A DNA stretch of 64,000 nt from Callorhinchus milii. Lineage: Eukaryota. This document shows, piece after piece, positions 24,611 to 37,887 of the stretch (position 1 is the stretch's first letter; the number at the start of each line of letters is the position of its first letter). The notes below the pieces were generated by a model. It did no database searches, was not told where the DNA came from, and worked only from the letters and a program-made list of their open reading frames with translations. Position numbers and translations under genes: made by a program. The stretch spans positions 15,748,001 to 15,812,000 of the forward strand of contig NW_024704755.1 of assembly GCF_018977255.1 (NCBI RefSeq). The letters are read 5' to 3'.

Positions 24611-26249
24611 TTAAATATGTTAAGGCTACATTTAGAGTGGGAAAATTAAATATTTTGATGTGTTGTTTGAATAATCTTTCTATCCTAAATTTAACCAAAC
24701 TTGAAAAACGAATATCATTATAATCGATTTAAATCAATATGAATAAAATTATTCAACAAACTGATGGTTTCACATTTGGGTGAAGGACGTGTGGCAAATC
24801 ATGTAAGAAGCTCCATTGTCCAAAATCACAAAAAAGACCAATTTTATGCCAAACATTGCAATTAGTGAAATCAATAACAGAATGAATAATTCAGCAATAT
24901 TTATAATTATGTTCCGTTAGATCATGAAAGAAAGAGGTGCCAAGAAATGTCTGACTGCAGTACAACTGAAGAATCGAGGGAATGTACAGTTTACATCTGA
25001 GTGCATCAGAGAAGCAAACAATGTGTGTTATATATGAATAGTAAAATACAATCCTCGAATTCACCTGTGCATTATTGGTATTGTTACATTTATTGCTGTG
25101 ATCATATATAATAATATCCTTTGTTATAACATCTTATCACATTGAAATGTTTCAAAGCGCTTCAAGGAAATTAATGAGCAGCGCACGGATCATTTGTAGG
25201 CGAATGTGGGCACCAATTTCTTCACAAAAGATTCATGAACTACCAACAGCCATGAAATGAATAGTTATTGATGAGATATTGCATGTATAAAGTCGTGAAC
25301 ACAAAAGTAGCTTTGCAAACAAAAATCCAGCATTTCAAGAGACAAATTTAAATTAAGTCGACTCTCTATATGTGTATCTCTGCCTAAATACAGTGGAATC
25401 ATTTCTGACAATGAGAAAAACATGTCTTATATCACTATATTGAAAATTATATTTTCTGTCAATTATCTCGAATTGTATTCAATAAAATATTAGCTGAATT
25501 TAATACATCGGTTTGTTTAATAACCAAATGTTTGCCTTCCACAAAGGATTGTGTCTATGTATGACATGTTTCAAAAATATCAACTAATCCGGTTTTCACG
25601 TTTTGATGTTTTGAGTGTACCAATACTGTGCATAGCAGAGATAATGTTTTGGCAATGCACTTGTTTTATGTGAATATCTTACACGTGTCTGTCCAACACC
25701 AATAACAACTTGCATTTATATTACAAGTCGTTAATGTTACCCCTCCACACAGGGTAGTGTCTCAGGGAAGTGACAATGGTGAAGCAGGAGGTCAATCCAG
25801 AGGGAGGGGCAGATGACCATAGGCACAGTTAAAGTGAGAGGTGTGATCTAAAGATTGGGAAGAAGTGGGCAAGGGACGAGATAGAGGAAGAGTATTCCAG
25901 AGTTTCGGGGCAGGGTAGCTGAAAGCACAGCCAACGATAGTGGAATGGAGGGCATGAGGGAAAAGCAGGAGCTAAAGCTCGTCAAGCGGATGCAGTGGGT
26001 AGTGTGTTTGGGATTAAGCAGGTCAGAGAGGTAGGGAAGTGCCAGGGCACGAAGAAAATATAATTATTAATCTGCCTACAATTATTGTTCATTGACGTTC
26101 TTAATGGAATTTGTTATTTTAAGCAGTTTAAGCTTTTTTTCCGTAGCCGGGGGCAGAAGCTTCTGAAAGATTTTGGTTCCATTACATGTTTTAAAACACA
26201 AAATCACCTCATCAGTTCTTTACTGGTGAATTGCTGTACCGACAGTATA

Positions 26250-26554
26250 AGTCATAGTTTGGGTAACTCACACATTCTGTGAGAGACCTGAGTTCAATTC
26301 CAGGCAGAGGGCGAAACCTTGGACAAGTTTCCTTACTCCACACAGAGCCTAATAATAATCCCTCCAAAACAAAAAACAATAATAAATTGGTCATTTTCAA
26401 TCTACGACTGTTTGTGGGACATTGCTGTGCGCAATTGGCTGCCGCGTTCGCCCACAAATATACAGTGAATTCACTTTACAGTGTATTCTGTGAAGCGCTT
26501 TGGGACATCCTCCCAACGTGAAAAGCGCTATATCAAATGCAAGGATTATTATTT
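26250..26554 (+). mobile_element. tRNA-derived SINE
   Basis: gagagacctgagttcaattcc B box, core, tail. Confidence 0.8.
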
Positions 26555-28557
26555 TTATTCTGTTTTACAGGAAGGAAGGATAAGATGTACTGTGTTTTGG
26601 TTCAGATGTATTGCTTGCCATTGATATTGCCATCTGGCAAGTTTTCCTGCTGCTTGTCCAGCTTGACCCACCCAACCCATTAGGGCTTTGGCTTGCAGGG
26701 TTTACAGGAGCTGAATGGAATGATTCCCTGCCCCCAGTGACTGGTCTGCTCCTCCAGGTCCTGCCAATGAGCTAGGTTGGCTGTGCTGTCATCAGCAATG
26801 CCCATGGAGTACTGGAGACACACCTGGTGCAGGAATCGCACTACCTAGCCCACCATAGAAGCCTGGCTCAATTCCCACATTCTGTTGCAAAAAACATTTT
26901 ATCTTGGAGCCAGTTCAGCTTCAATGAGATACCGCTTAACCCCATCCCCAGATCATTCATTTTTTTTTCAATAGATTCAGAAAAGTAAAACTTCTCACAG
27001 AACCTTATCAACTCACATTTACAGCAGAGCAGTCTCAAGCACATTAGTACATAATTTTCTATCAATATTGGGCGTAAACATTTCAAATCATGCAAAATGT
27101 GGCATTGAATACCATGAGTTTTTTNGTATGTAAAATTAGGAAACCAATGACCATAATACAAGGAACCTGATTAAAAAGGCATAACAGAAAGAAAGCAAAT
27201 TAGGTTGGAATATTAATACAATACCAAGCTTGGCTGTTTAACATTGGTATATTTAATGATGAAAAGCATATCTTCAGTTCACTAATACTGCTGGAAACCT
27301 ATTTTATATCATCATTTAATTTACATGTAATTCAAAATATGGTTGCTGGAAGCTCTAGACGTCCAATCACTATGTTTGTTTCACCTAAACAACTTACAAA
27401 ATATGTAAATCATATTTTCTCCCTTATTCATCCTGCCTCTTCAATAAAATTGAAGGCAGAACCATTTGTCTCAGGTTAGCTTGAAACTGCTTAAATAAAA
27501 TAAATAAAATTCATCTGCTCCAGTGAATAAGCTAAATAGTGGTCGGTCTGTCTGTCACGTATCTGCTAGAACGTACCTAGCAGGATGTAACTAATCTCTC
27601 GCTCGTGTTGTTTGTGACAGCGACAATGAAAAAAACTTACCAAAGTCTTGCTCTTCACATTAAATATAGAGCCTGTGGTGAGCGGTTGTAGCTATTACGC
27701 AAATATTATTGCAACAACATATTTGCTCACACTTCAAGTGCAAGCTCCTTATGGCCATGTTCGAGTGTACTGGTTATCTCATAGAAGCCTGGACCGTATA
27801 ATTAATGCATAACAACTGGAAAATTGCCCTACACTATTTATTCACACACGATCTTCAAGAGCCAGTTTTTAAATATATTTTCTTGGAACTGGGTTATTAA
27901 TATGTCCGATGTTGTCATGAAATATTGCGAAATAGGTTACATTGATAGTCATTTCCTCTTGACTAGAGTTAAGCACAAACAATCTTTCAGCGGGTTCCAG
28001 TCTAACATCAATCCTGGTGCAAGATGGGTGAAATATATCCATTTGATTTGCTCCTTTCTCCGAATGTTTCTGGTTTGTTGTTTCTATCTTTTATCAGTAC
28101 AAATTGCACGAGATTAAACTCTATTCTTTTATCAGCTTCAGTGTTTCATATAAAAATTACTTATGAAGTTGCTCCATGGGGAAAAATGTCTAATGTATAA
28201 ATGGCTCTTTTGTAGCAACTCGATTGACCTAAGATTGTATACGTTAGAATGATATAGCTCTCATGAAATTATCCTTGGTTGCAGCTATCAGTTAAAACGA
28301 CCCTGACTCCTAAACATTTCAATTATGGTTTAGTAAACAAAACTTTGAGTATTACTTACGAATACAATTTACCTTTCATCTCTGTTGTCAATAAGACCTG
28401 AGATTCTAGTCACTCTTTAAGCCTTTATTGCAACCCACTCTCAAAACAAAAATAGACAAATCTAAACTCTTGAACTTGAACAGGAAATTGTACGTCACTC
28501 CACCATTGTTATGTCGAGCAATTGCAATCCCTTGTTGCAGACAAGTTCAAGGATAGA

Positions 28558-31500
28558 ATTTTGGCGAATTTTGAGCTTCAGCAAATGTATCTGATAGGGA
28601 TGATTTTCATAGGTATGTGTTTGTAGTATATTTCAACTTTCTGAAAAAGAACATAGAGGAAGTAGTTTTATGTTTTATGTAAAACAAGGGCAGATAAAAG
28701 GAAACTATTTTGGTTCGAAAGTACAAATAGAGGTTTCTTTCAGCTTCTGAATGTCAACCTCTACCACTGATTGTATCAGGGGAAAATAGCAGGAAGTGAA
28801 CCTCGATCGCATCTATCTATAGACCGAGGCCCTCCTGCTTGGCTTCCTCCTCATCGGCCTTCACTTCACAAGCTGCAGATCATCCAAACTCTGCAGCTCG
28901 TGTACTCTCACGCACCAGGCTCCGCGACCCCATTACTCCCACCCTCGCCCGACTCCACTGGCTCCCCATCCCCCAGAGGATCGAGTTCAAGATCCGCGTC
29001 CTCACTTTCAAGGCCATCCATGGCCTCCTACCTCTCTGACTTGCTGACTCCTTACCAACCTGCCCGCTCCCTCCGTTCAGCGGGCTCCTTCCTGCTCCGT
29101 GTCTCACGACCCTCCCTACCATCGGTGACTGGGCTTTCAGCCTCTCTGCCCCCACACTCTGGAACTCCATCCCACAGTCCTTTTGCCTCACTTCCTCCCT
29201 TGCCTCCTTCAAGCCCAGTCTCAAGAACCTTCTCTTCGATCGTGCCTTCAGTCACCCTCCCACCTTTCTGCCTTTCCTCACCCCAACCCTATCCCTCCCC
29301 CATGCTCCAGTCCTGACCCCTGACTGTACAGCGCCTTGGGATGTCCTCCCTACATAAAAGTCTCTCTATAAATATAATTTTGTTGTTATTTTTGTTGTCA
29401 GCACCTCCATGCCTCGGGAGCTGACAGCATCACCCTTCATGGATGTATTCTATACCTTATGAAGCCAAGATGGAATGTCAACCCTCAACTGTCCTTCATC
29501 CCCCACATCCGTGCCATAACCAACTCCGCCATTCCCCATCTCTGCAACATTGCCCAGCTCTACCACCATCTCACACCATGGACCACCAAGACACCCAGGC
29601 TCGACTATGAAAGCTCCCTGCTTGTTGGCCTTCCTAACTCCTCTCTCCACAGGCTACAGATCATCCAGAACTCTGCAGTCCATATACTCTCCCGCACCAG
29701 TCTCCATGACCATATTATCCCCATCCTGGCCCGGCTCCACTGGCTCCTCATCACTCAGAAGTTATAGTTCAAGATCCTGGTCCTCACCTTCAAAGCACTC
29801 CATGGCCTTGTTTCTCCTTTCCTATGTGACCTCCGAACCCTTTACTAACCTGTCTGCTTCCTCCATTCTGTGGGCTCCAGCCTGCTTCATGTTCCTTGCC
29901 TTGCCCGCCCCACCATTGACAGGTGAGCCTTCAGCCACTCTACCACCGCTCTATTGAACTCCATCCCATAGTCCCTCTGTCTCGCCCCCTCTCTTGCCTC
30001 TATCAAGACCATGTCAAGACCCTTCTCTTCATCCATGCCTTCGGTCACCCTCCTACCCCTACCTTCCCAGCCTTCCACCCCTCCTGATCCCAACCACCAG
30101 CTTGGGTGCAGATACTTGATTGTCCAGTGCCTTTGGATGTGAAAGGCGTGAAAGGTGCTATACAAATGTCATTTGTTGTTGTAGTATAAGGAGTAAATGT
30201 GGACTAGTGGACATCAGACTGTTAAAGATTTAGATACAATGCTGCAGAATATTTTCCATTTTTGAGAACAAGAAGTCCTGACTTTGTTGCCCTTTGAAGC
30301 TATGCAGAATAAGTAAATGTTTAATTTTCTGCTGTTTACATACAGATACCAATCATAATTTAATGCACAAATATTTAAATTTTACTTTTCTCACTATTAC
30401 TTAATTAAAGCATTATGCATTTGAAATTAGAATGATCTGAACTTGCACATGCATGTATGGTCGTGGAGACTGGTACAAATCAAATCCCTCCGCAAGACGA
30501 ACCTCTTTGACTGCGCATTTTATCATCTTTCCCATCCCTGCTCCCTTTGGCTTTCATGCTAACTTGGGTGCCTTATCAGCAGTATGAAGCAATTTGAGAC
30601 GTGCTGCCATGTGAAATGCGCTAAGTTAATGTCAGTTGTTTTCTATCTGTATGACACGCGAAGGGCTACATTTTGGGAAATACATTCCTAGAGTCCTGTA
30701 TTAAAATGCTATGAACATTCACTCGCATCAACATGGGGTTTTGTTCTGTCTGATTATCAGTCTGATTTTGTTTTGTCATTGTGCCTGACAGGAAATTTTA
30801 GCAGATTCTGCAATAACGATTCTACTTGAAGGATTTACATGGTGATCCCATTATATGGAAGGTGCTATCAAACCTTAAAGAAGATCGTTAGACAATCTCG
30901 ACATTAACCACTCACTCATTCCTCTCTTTAGCTCCTATTAAATAGAATATCAGATTCAAACTATTTCTCCAATTTAGGCAGAGTCGATAGAACAAAGCTT
31001 CTCAGCTATATTTCAGCTGTGATTCTCGGTTGTCATAAAAGCGATTTTCTTCTTCCGACCTTAAACAACAAGAAGAAAATTCCATTTTTATAACGCCTTA
31101 TATAGACTACATATTATCATATAGTTGGAAGGCCATAAATGGCAATATATAATCTGTATTTCAATCTGTAACTACAAGAGACTTACGCTTGATTATTTGT
31201 TCCATTGCCCCCATTTACACCTACATAAATAAATCTTTTAGATCTTTAGAAATAATAAACGTATGCAACTCTAAATAAAGTTTTATTTTAAAGTGATAAT
31301 TGAGACATTGACAAGCAATGTATTTTGGAGAGGAATGGTGCGTGCAAGCGCTTTGGGGTATACCTACTGTCCATATTTCTTCAATAATTCCACCGATAAT
31401 AACTCATTCATATGTGAAACCATGGTTATTGATGGCAAATAACTCAAAAATTATATTATAATAATGCATAAATTGCAAAGTAAATTTACCAAAATCAAAG

Positions 31501-31880
31501 TGTTGCAGAAAAATGAATCGATTACTTATCAGAATTAAGACTATTGCCCCTTAATGAGCCTAAGCAATGTGATTGTGGTGAAAATCTGTTCTACAGTTCC
31601 CCCAACTCTACCGAGAATCTTCTCCAGAGTTTCTGGAAGGGATTCACCTGCAATTTCAGTGTGAAACGACCACATGTTACCTGGAGAACCTTCACCCCAT
31701 TTGGTATAAAAGGCACTGAACTATCAATTGGAATAAATTTCACTGAACATCAGAATTTGCAGGGATTGAATGAAGTTTCCAGTTCTGTGAAATAGACACC
31801 GGTTCTCCAGAGTACTTGTCTGGTATCTCACCCCAAGCCTCCGGAATCCAGGAATTGCAAATTAACTTTCTGGACACGAG
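28558..31880 (+). pseudogene. G3 pseudogene of the same family
   Basis: Leader with ATG>ATT (28558-28612); 3'-half V relic with stop and no F-strand Cys (28684-28822); L2 insertions; frameshifted C1 relic (31597-~31880); no TM exon found. Confidence 0.85.
28826..30180 (+). mobile_element. Two tandem L2-type 3' fragments inside G3
   Basis: LHKLQIIQ, LARLHWLPIPQRIEFKI; two tails ending (TTG)n near 29390 and 30180. Confidence 0.85.
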
Positions 31881-32477
31881 AATGCAACAAATTTACAGTA
31901 AATTAGGATTAGCTACATTTTCACATAAATATTTTGTGAATTTATTTATAGCGTTAATTAGTCATACAGTTCAATTTTTAAAGATTTATCTACATGGCTC
32001 CCTTTCCTGCAACAGGTAGTTTGTCAAAAATCTTACTGTCAGTTCGCCTACAGGGTATACAGTCACTACACTTCAAACAAAAACATATGAATCACCTGGA
32101 GACGTCTCAACGGCGCGCTAAGGCTCTATATCAAATGCAAGAATTATTCATTAATAATATTGACTAATCTAGCAAATAAATAATTGCAACTATTAATTAA
32201 TATCACAATTTAGAGTACTACATGTGATGTCAATTTTTCATTGGGAAGTATTTGATTCATAGATATTGTAAAACTAAGATTTTTTTAAAAAAAGATAGAA
32301 CATTAAACCTCATCAGTTTTCCAACCAGAATTAATCCTCTTCAATGGTGAAATATTCATTAGTTTTAGGAACCGTTTTGGTTTAATTTACAGGACTTTGA
32401 ATCAGTCAATCAGTCGCCATTAAAGCTCCTCTCACGGTCACATCCCCTCAGCACCGCCGCCAACACGTGGGGCACAG

Positions 32478-33000
32478 CGGTGTGTGTGTACGTGACAGAG
32501 GGTGTGTGTGTGTATGTGTGAGAGGATGTGTGTGTGTGACAGAGGGGGTGTGTGTGATAGGGTCTGTGTGTGTGTGAGAGGGTGTGTGTGACAGAGGGTG
32601 TGTGTGTGACAGAAACACACACACAAAGACATACAAATACATATATGCAAACAAACAAACACACAGACACACACACACACACAAGCACAAAGGCATACGT
32701 ATACACACAGATATACATACACTGAGCCGTACTAACACAAACACACCCACACAGACAAACACACACGCAGACGCAGACACACACACACAGACACAGTGAC
32801 ACCACGATATAGTCTGATATTAACCGTGAGAACAATTAAAACACACAGTCACTACACTTTGCACACACACAGGCACAGACACACGCACGCACAGACACAA
32901 ACACAGAGTCACACAAACACACACACAGAGTTAGAAACACAGATGCACACACAGACACACAGACGCACAAACACAGACACACACAAATACACAAAGAAAC
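32478..33000. repeat. (GT)-rich then (CA)-rich low-complexity tract
   Basis: GT-rich to ~32610, CA-rich afterwards. Confidence 0.9.
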
Positions 33001-33054
33001 AGTGAGACCTCTATATAATCTGATATTAACAGTGAGAATCTCTATACAGACCAG

Positions 33055-33360
33055 GAGTCCTGTAGCTCAGTGTCTCGCCTTGCAAGTGAGAAACCTGAGT
33101 TCAATCCCCGGCAGGTCAGGGCCAAACCTTGGGCAAGTTTCCTTACTCCACACGTCTAATAATAATCCCTCCAAAACTAAAAACAATAATAAATTGGTCA
33201 TTTTCAATCTATGACTGTTTGTGGGACATTGCTGTGCGCAATTGGCTGCCGCGTTCGCCCACAAATATACAGTCAATTCACTTTACAGTGAAGCGCTTTG
33301 GAACGTCCTCCCGACGTGAAAAGCGCTATATCAAATGCAAGGATTATTATTATTATTATT
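33055..33360 (+). mobile_element. tRNA-derived SINE, near full length
   Basis: gagtcctgtagctcagt head, B box, core, (ATT)n. Confidence 0.88.
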
Positions 33361-34512
33361 GAATCGCTATTGGATCAGAAGAGAGAATTATCTGAGAATT
33401 GTTGTTAAAGTATACAAGTCTCACAGAATGACAAAATTAAGAAATTGTGTTGAGGTGTTGGAGCTAACCTAGTTGTAGAGTACAGATTAAGTAAATTTGA
33501 AGAAGCAATTTTGTTAGAAATAGTTAAAAACAATATATATATATACAGCATGATATAAACTGATGATTTTCACAATTTATTCTAGAATGAAAATCCCAAA
33601 TTTGAGAACTGCCATCTAGCATATAACGCTTATACTTTTGAGCAAATTAATTAAATCAGAGCCAGAAAATTAAGCATCAATCTCAAATGTTATTGCATCC
33701 TTTCATCCAGTCGTTGATCAAACACTTAAGATTTGAAGTTATTTTCTGGTTTTGTATCTGATTTTAATTTGTCTGTCTATCCTATGTGTCTATTATCTGA
33801 AGACATGTCATAATCGTTTACACTTAAGATTTACTTTCCAAGATGCAAGGATTGTTATTATTATAAGATATATTTATAATTGACCTAATGAAATATGTTC
33901 AAATGAATAACAATTTGAACAATTGAAACAGAAATGTAATACAATTCAATAAACTTGTGATTGATGATAATTCGGGCCAACAATACTTGTGTTTGATGAT
34001 AATTCATGCCAACAATCAGGCCAAATGTGCAAATGGGCTGCCGAGACCGCCTAAAGGCATTTCTCTTTATAGTTTATTCGGAGAAGTGCTTTGCTATATC
34101 CTCTTGGCAGATTTTCCACAAGATTAAACATGTGCTTATAATTCAAAAATGGTGCCCTAGCTTTTCTACTTAAACCATCTAATCACTCGGTGTAAGAGAC
34201 CCAATCATGTTTCAGAACATTCATTGTAATCTTTCTCTAAATCATTTATTTCACATATATTTTACTTTTCAGCATTGCTCCCCATAAGATATACAATTCC
34301 AGTACCCTTTAATCAGACAAATGTCAAATATCAATCAAATGTCACTCAACACAAGAAACCAAACTCCTGAGTCCACAGACTGGATGTCAAACGTCACTGC
34401 CGCATATCTCATCTCAAGGAACTTCAACTCTATGTTACAAACTAGTGACAGCTTCAGGGCTCATCTGGCGTGACCCAATACCTCAAACACCAGACTTTCA
34501 CCAGAGATCAGA

Positions 34513-34567
34513 ATGTTGGCGAGTCTCATGTTACATCACCTGTCTCTGATAGGAATATTCTCTAAAG
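34513..34567 (+). CDS. G4 exon 1, leader (MLASLMLHHLSLIGIFSK)
   Basis: ATG..g|gtttgt, phase 1, 55 nt. Confidence 0.82.
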
Positions 34568-35075
34568 GTTTGTGCTTATTCTATTTTCCCGTTTTCTGAA
34601 AAAGTATTTATTTAACTTATATTCATCATATAAAGTCTGTTTGTCAGCCTAGTTCAGTTGGTAACACTCTTAAGGCTTTAAACCTGTACAGTCTGGGATT
34701 GCACTGCAAGGTAATGTTTGGATCCTATTGCATTGTTGGAGGTGCAGGCTTTCAAATTAGACTTCAAATCGAGAATCCGTGTGGCATGGAAATGTTGGAA
34801 AAATATGTCCGATGTCCTGACCATCATCTCTCCGGGTAAAACTGATCATTCACTTTACAGCTGTTTGCGGAGCAAATTGTCTGGTTGCCTCATTCCCCAA
34901 CGAAATACACACTGATTACATTTTAGAGTATATGCTGTGAAGGGTTTTGAGGGGACTTTCCAATGTTAAATATACTACATCAAATGTAAGGAATTTTAAT
35001 TATGTCTCTATCTTGCTCTATATATCTGTCTTCACCATGTTATTTATAATCGATGTTTGAATTTCTTTCTGATAG

Positions 35076-35170
35076 TTGTTGGTGGTGCTTTGATTAAAGT
35101 GACCCAATACCTCGAACAACAGTCTTTCATCAGAGATGCAGAAGTCAAGTTCTGTTGCACCTCTCACTGA
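35076..35170 (+). pseudogene. Truncated V-exon copy in G4 intron 1
   Basis: ctgatag acceptor, then VVGGALIKVTQYLEQQSFIRDAEVKFCCTSH*. Confidence 0.75.
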
Positions 35171-35199
35171 TCCCAATTTACGTGTTTGTTGATCGTACT

Positions 35200-35535
35200 A
35201 TTGCCCCTGAATCCAATGGTTGTGGGTTCAAGACGCACCTAAGGACTTGGAACTCATATTGTCGAGGCTGACCATTCCATTAAAGATCTGTGATAACAGA
35301 GGTTCCGTCTGCCTGTTCAGGAGGATGTTTAAACATCCCTTGGAGCTTTTCGAAAAGAGAAAGGGGTTTCTCGCAGTTTGCCAACAATCCCCCAAATAAG
35401 GTTGGCCATTTATATCATGGCTGCTTATAGGACACTGTTACACACAAATTTGCTGTCTCATTTGCCAACTATATATGCAGTTACAACCCATGTCATGAAG
35501 CACTTTGAGAGGTGTTTGCAATATTAAGGGCACTG
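35200..35535 (+). mobile_element. LF-SINE/Deu-like SINE (counterpart at ~52700-53080; a related copy at ~34640-34990)
   Basis: ggttgtgggttcaag..ggacttg..aggctgac..ccgtctgcctgttcagg. Confidence 0.55.
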
Positions 35536-35629
35536 TATCAAATGTAACAATTATTAACTGTGTCTATCTTGCTCTGTGTGTATATCTCTTTAATATATTG
35601 TGTTAAATGTTTTAATTTATTTCTGGCAG

Positions 35630-35950
35630 TAGCTGGTAGAGCTTTGATCGAAGTGACCCAATACCCCGAACACCAGGCTGTAAGCAGAGGTACAGATGTC
35701 AAGTTGTACTGTGCCTTCCCTCTCCCTGACCCCAACTCATATGCTAAAGTGCACTGGTGGAAGCAAGGCGAGAGTCAATACCTGCACAGGAGGCCCGATA
35801 AGAGGAAAATATTCGGTTTTGACAGTAAAGCATGTGGTCTATTTCAACTCCTTGATGCCACTCTCCAGGACTCTGGAGTCTATCACTGCACACTGAGTAT
35901 TCAGGGGGAAATGGCAGGAAATGGAACTGGATCACAGCTAACTGTATGTG
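35630..35950 (+). CDS. G4 exon 2, VJ-type V domain
   Basis: LYC, HWW, DSGVYHC, GNGTGSQLTVC; 321 nt, phase 1-1. Confidence 0.93.
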
Positions 35951-36357
35951 GTAAGTGAGAATACAAGTTGTTTCAAGCGTAAAAATCTCAAAACTCTTCA
36001 GTGCCTTTATTATGATGTACAGTGAATATTTTTACAGATGCAAACGAGGTAGTCATATGCACAGAACCAGGTAAATAATAGATATGTATTTTGGAGGCCA
36101 GTTGGCCAGTTGGACACCAGTAAAAACTTCCTTCTGTTTCCAGTAATGCCCCGTTACATTTACTATATTTGGTGTCAACTAAAAAGGCAATCATAGTCTT
36201 GGTTAACATTTCATCCGCAAACAACACCTTCGACAATATAGTATAAAAATATAAAATACAGATAAGACACAATTATAGTGGCATCAAAAACAGAGTACAG
36301 TTTAATCCCATAACTGAATCCATGTAACCAGACTCTTCTCCGTTATTTGTTCTACAG

Positions 36358-36675
36358 TTCCTCCAGATCCGCTGAAGATAGACCGCACAGCTCCTCAGAA
36401 AAATTCATCCGCAACTCTGACCCTTGTGTGCAAAACAGCTGCATTTTATCCGGAGAATCTGACCCTCACTTGGTATAAAAATGGCACTGAAATTACAACT
36501 GGGATAATTACCACAAAGCAACAGAATACGGATGGGCTTTATGAAGTTTCCAGCTCTTTGGAGGAGACGCAGCCTGTCCAGAGTGGACTTGTTTATACCT
36601 GTCGAGTGTCCCATCTTATTAAGCAGACTGCAGAAATTGCTTATATTGTTCCTCCTCCAGAAGCAGAAAGTAAAG
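36358..36675 (+). CDS. G4 exon 3, C1 domain with GC donor
   Basis: LVCKTAAFYPENLTLTWYKNG..YTCRVSH; ends aaag|gcaagt, 318 nt, phase 1. Confidence 0.88.
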
Positions 36676-37887
36676 GCAAGTGGATTAGAGTTAACTATTC
36701 TTACTGGAATGTTTCCTTCTTTTATTCTGCATCTTAAAATATAGCCATACAATTTACTTCATGTAAAATACCTATAATAACAATTAATAATCCTACATTC
36801 GATATAAAGACTTTCACGTCCGGAGAACGTCTCAACACACTTTACGGGTTATGTTGTATTTTGTAGACCAATGCGGCAGGTAATTTGCACACAACAATGT
36901 TCCTTAAATTGCCATGAAGTTAACATTTGAGTTAATTTGGGGGATTGTTAACCAGAGCAGCTATTCTTTTCAAATCATGGCATGGCAAGTGAATTAGTTA
37001 ACTATTTTTACAGGAATATATCCTTCTATTAAGCCGCACCATATATAATAGGCATAATGTTTGATTCATTTAAACTCCCTTCAATAATAAATAATAGCTT
37101 TCAAGTTGGGATTAACTATTCTTACTAGAATGTTTCCTTCTTTTATTCTGCACTTTAAATTCTAGCCATACAATTTGCTTCACCTAAAATGACTATAATA
37201 ACAACTGATAATCATATAAAGACTTTCACCTCCGGAGCAGTTCTCAAAACGATTTACAGGTTATACTGTAAAGTGTAATGACTGCATTTTGTAGGCGAAG
37301 GCAGCAGCCAACTTGCACACAGCAATGTTCCATCAATGACCATGAAGTGAACCACCAATTTGGGGACCAGAGTACCAGAGCAGCTTTTCTTTTCCAACAG
37401 TGCCACAGGCTCTTTAACATCCACCTCAACAGGAAGACATGATCTGGGTTCATAATCTCATCTGAAGGATGGCACCCAAATATTTGACGCAGGCTCAACA
37501 TTCAATGGAGAATATTTGAACTCTAGAGATTGCAAATTAATGACACTTGCCCCTGAAAATATTAAAATCTCAGCTTTCAAACATTTAATGTATAACGCAT
37601 GATGAATGTGAGAATGGATTCTATTTTTGTATCCCATTCCCATTTTTGTTATACGCTAATACTATGTCCACGATATATAATTATTTCCTCCCATAATGTT
37701 GATTTCTTATTTCTTGTAAAGTTTTGCACAGAAGGCTAAAGTCGACTACGCGCCCATGCTTCTCTGTATTTGACCATCATATTTTCTTGCCGGTGCTTAA
37801 ACCACCTAATTACTATATTAATTAATATTAATCACTTAATGACATTGAGCAGAGAACACTGCTTCATGTGGTTGCTTTATTTTGCAG

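Larger units (their letters stand above)
35606..36790 (+). repeat. Near-identical copy of 53151-54335 (V exon, intron 2, C1 exon)
   Basis: Only a handful of differences by eye; offset 17545, then 17544. Confidence 0.93.

Noticed and set aside
27125-27125. Single N base
   Set aside because: Assembly ambiguity in intergenic DNA, with no biological meaning
32410-33005. Long His/Thr- or Cys/Val-rich ORFs
   Set aside because: Translations of GT/CA low-complexity sequence
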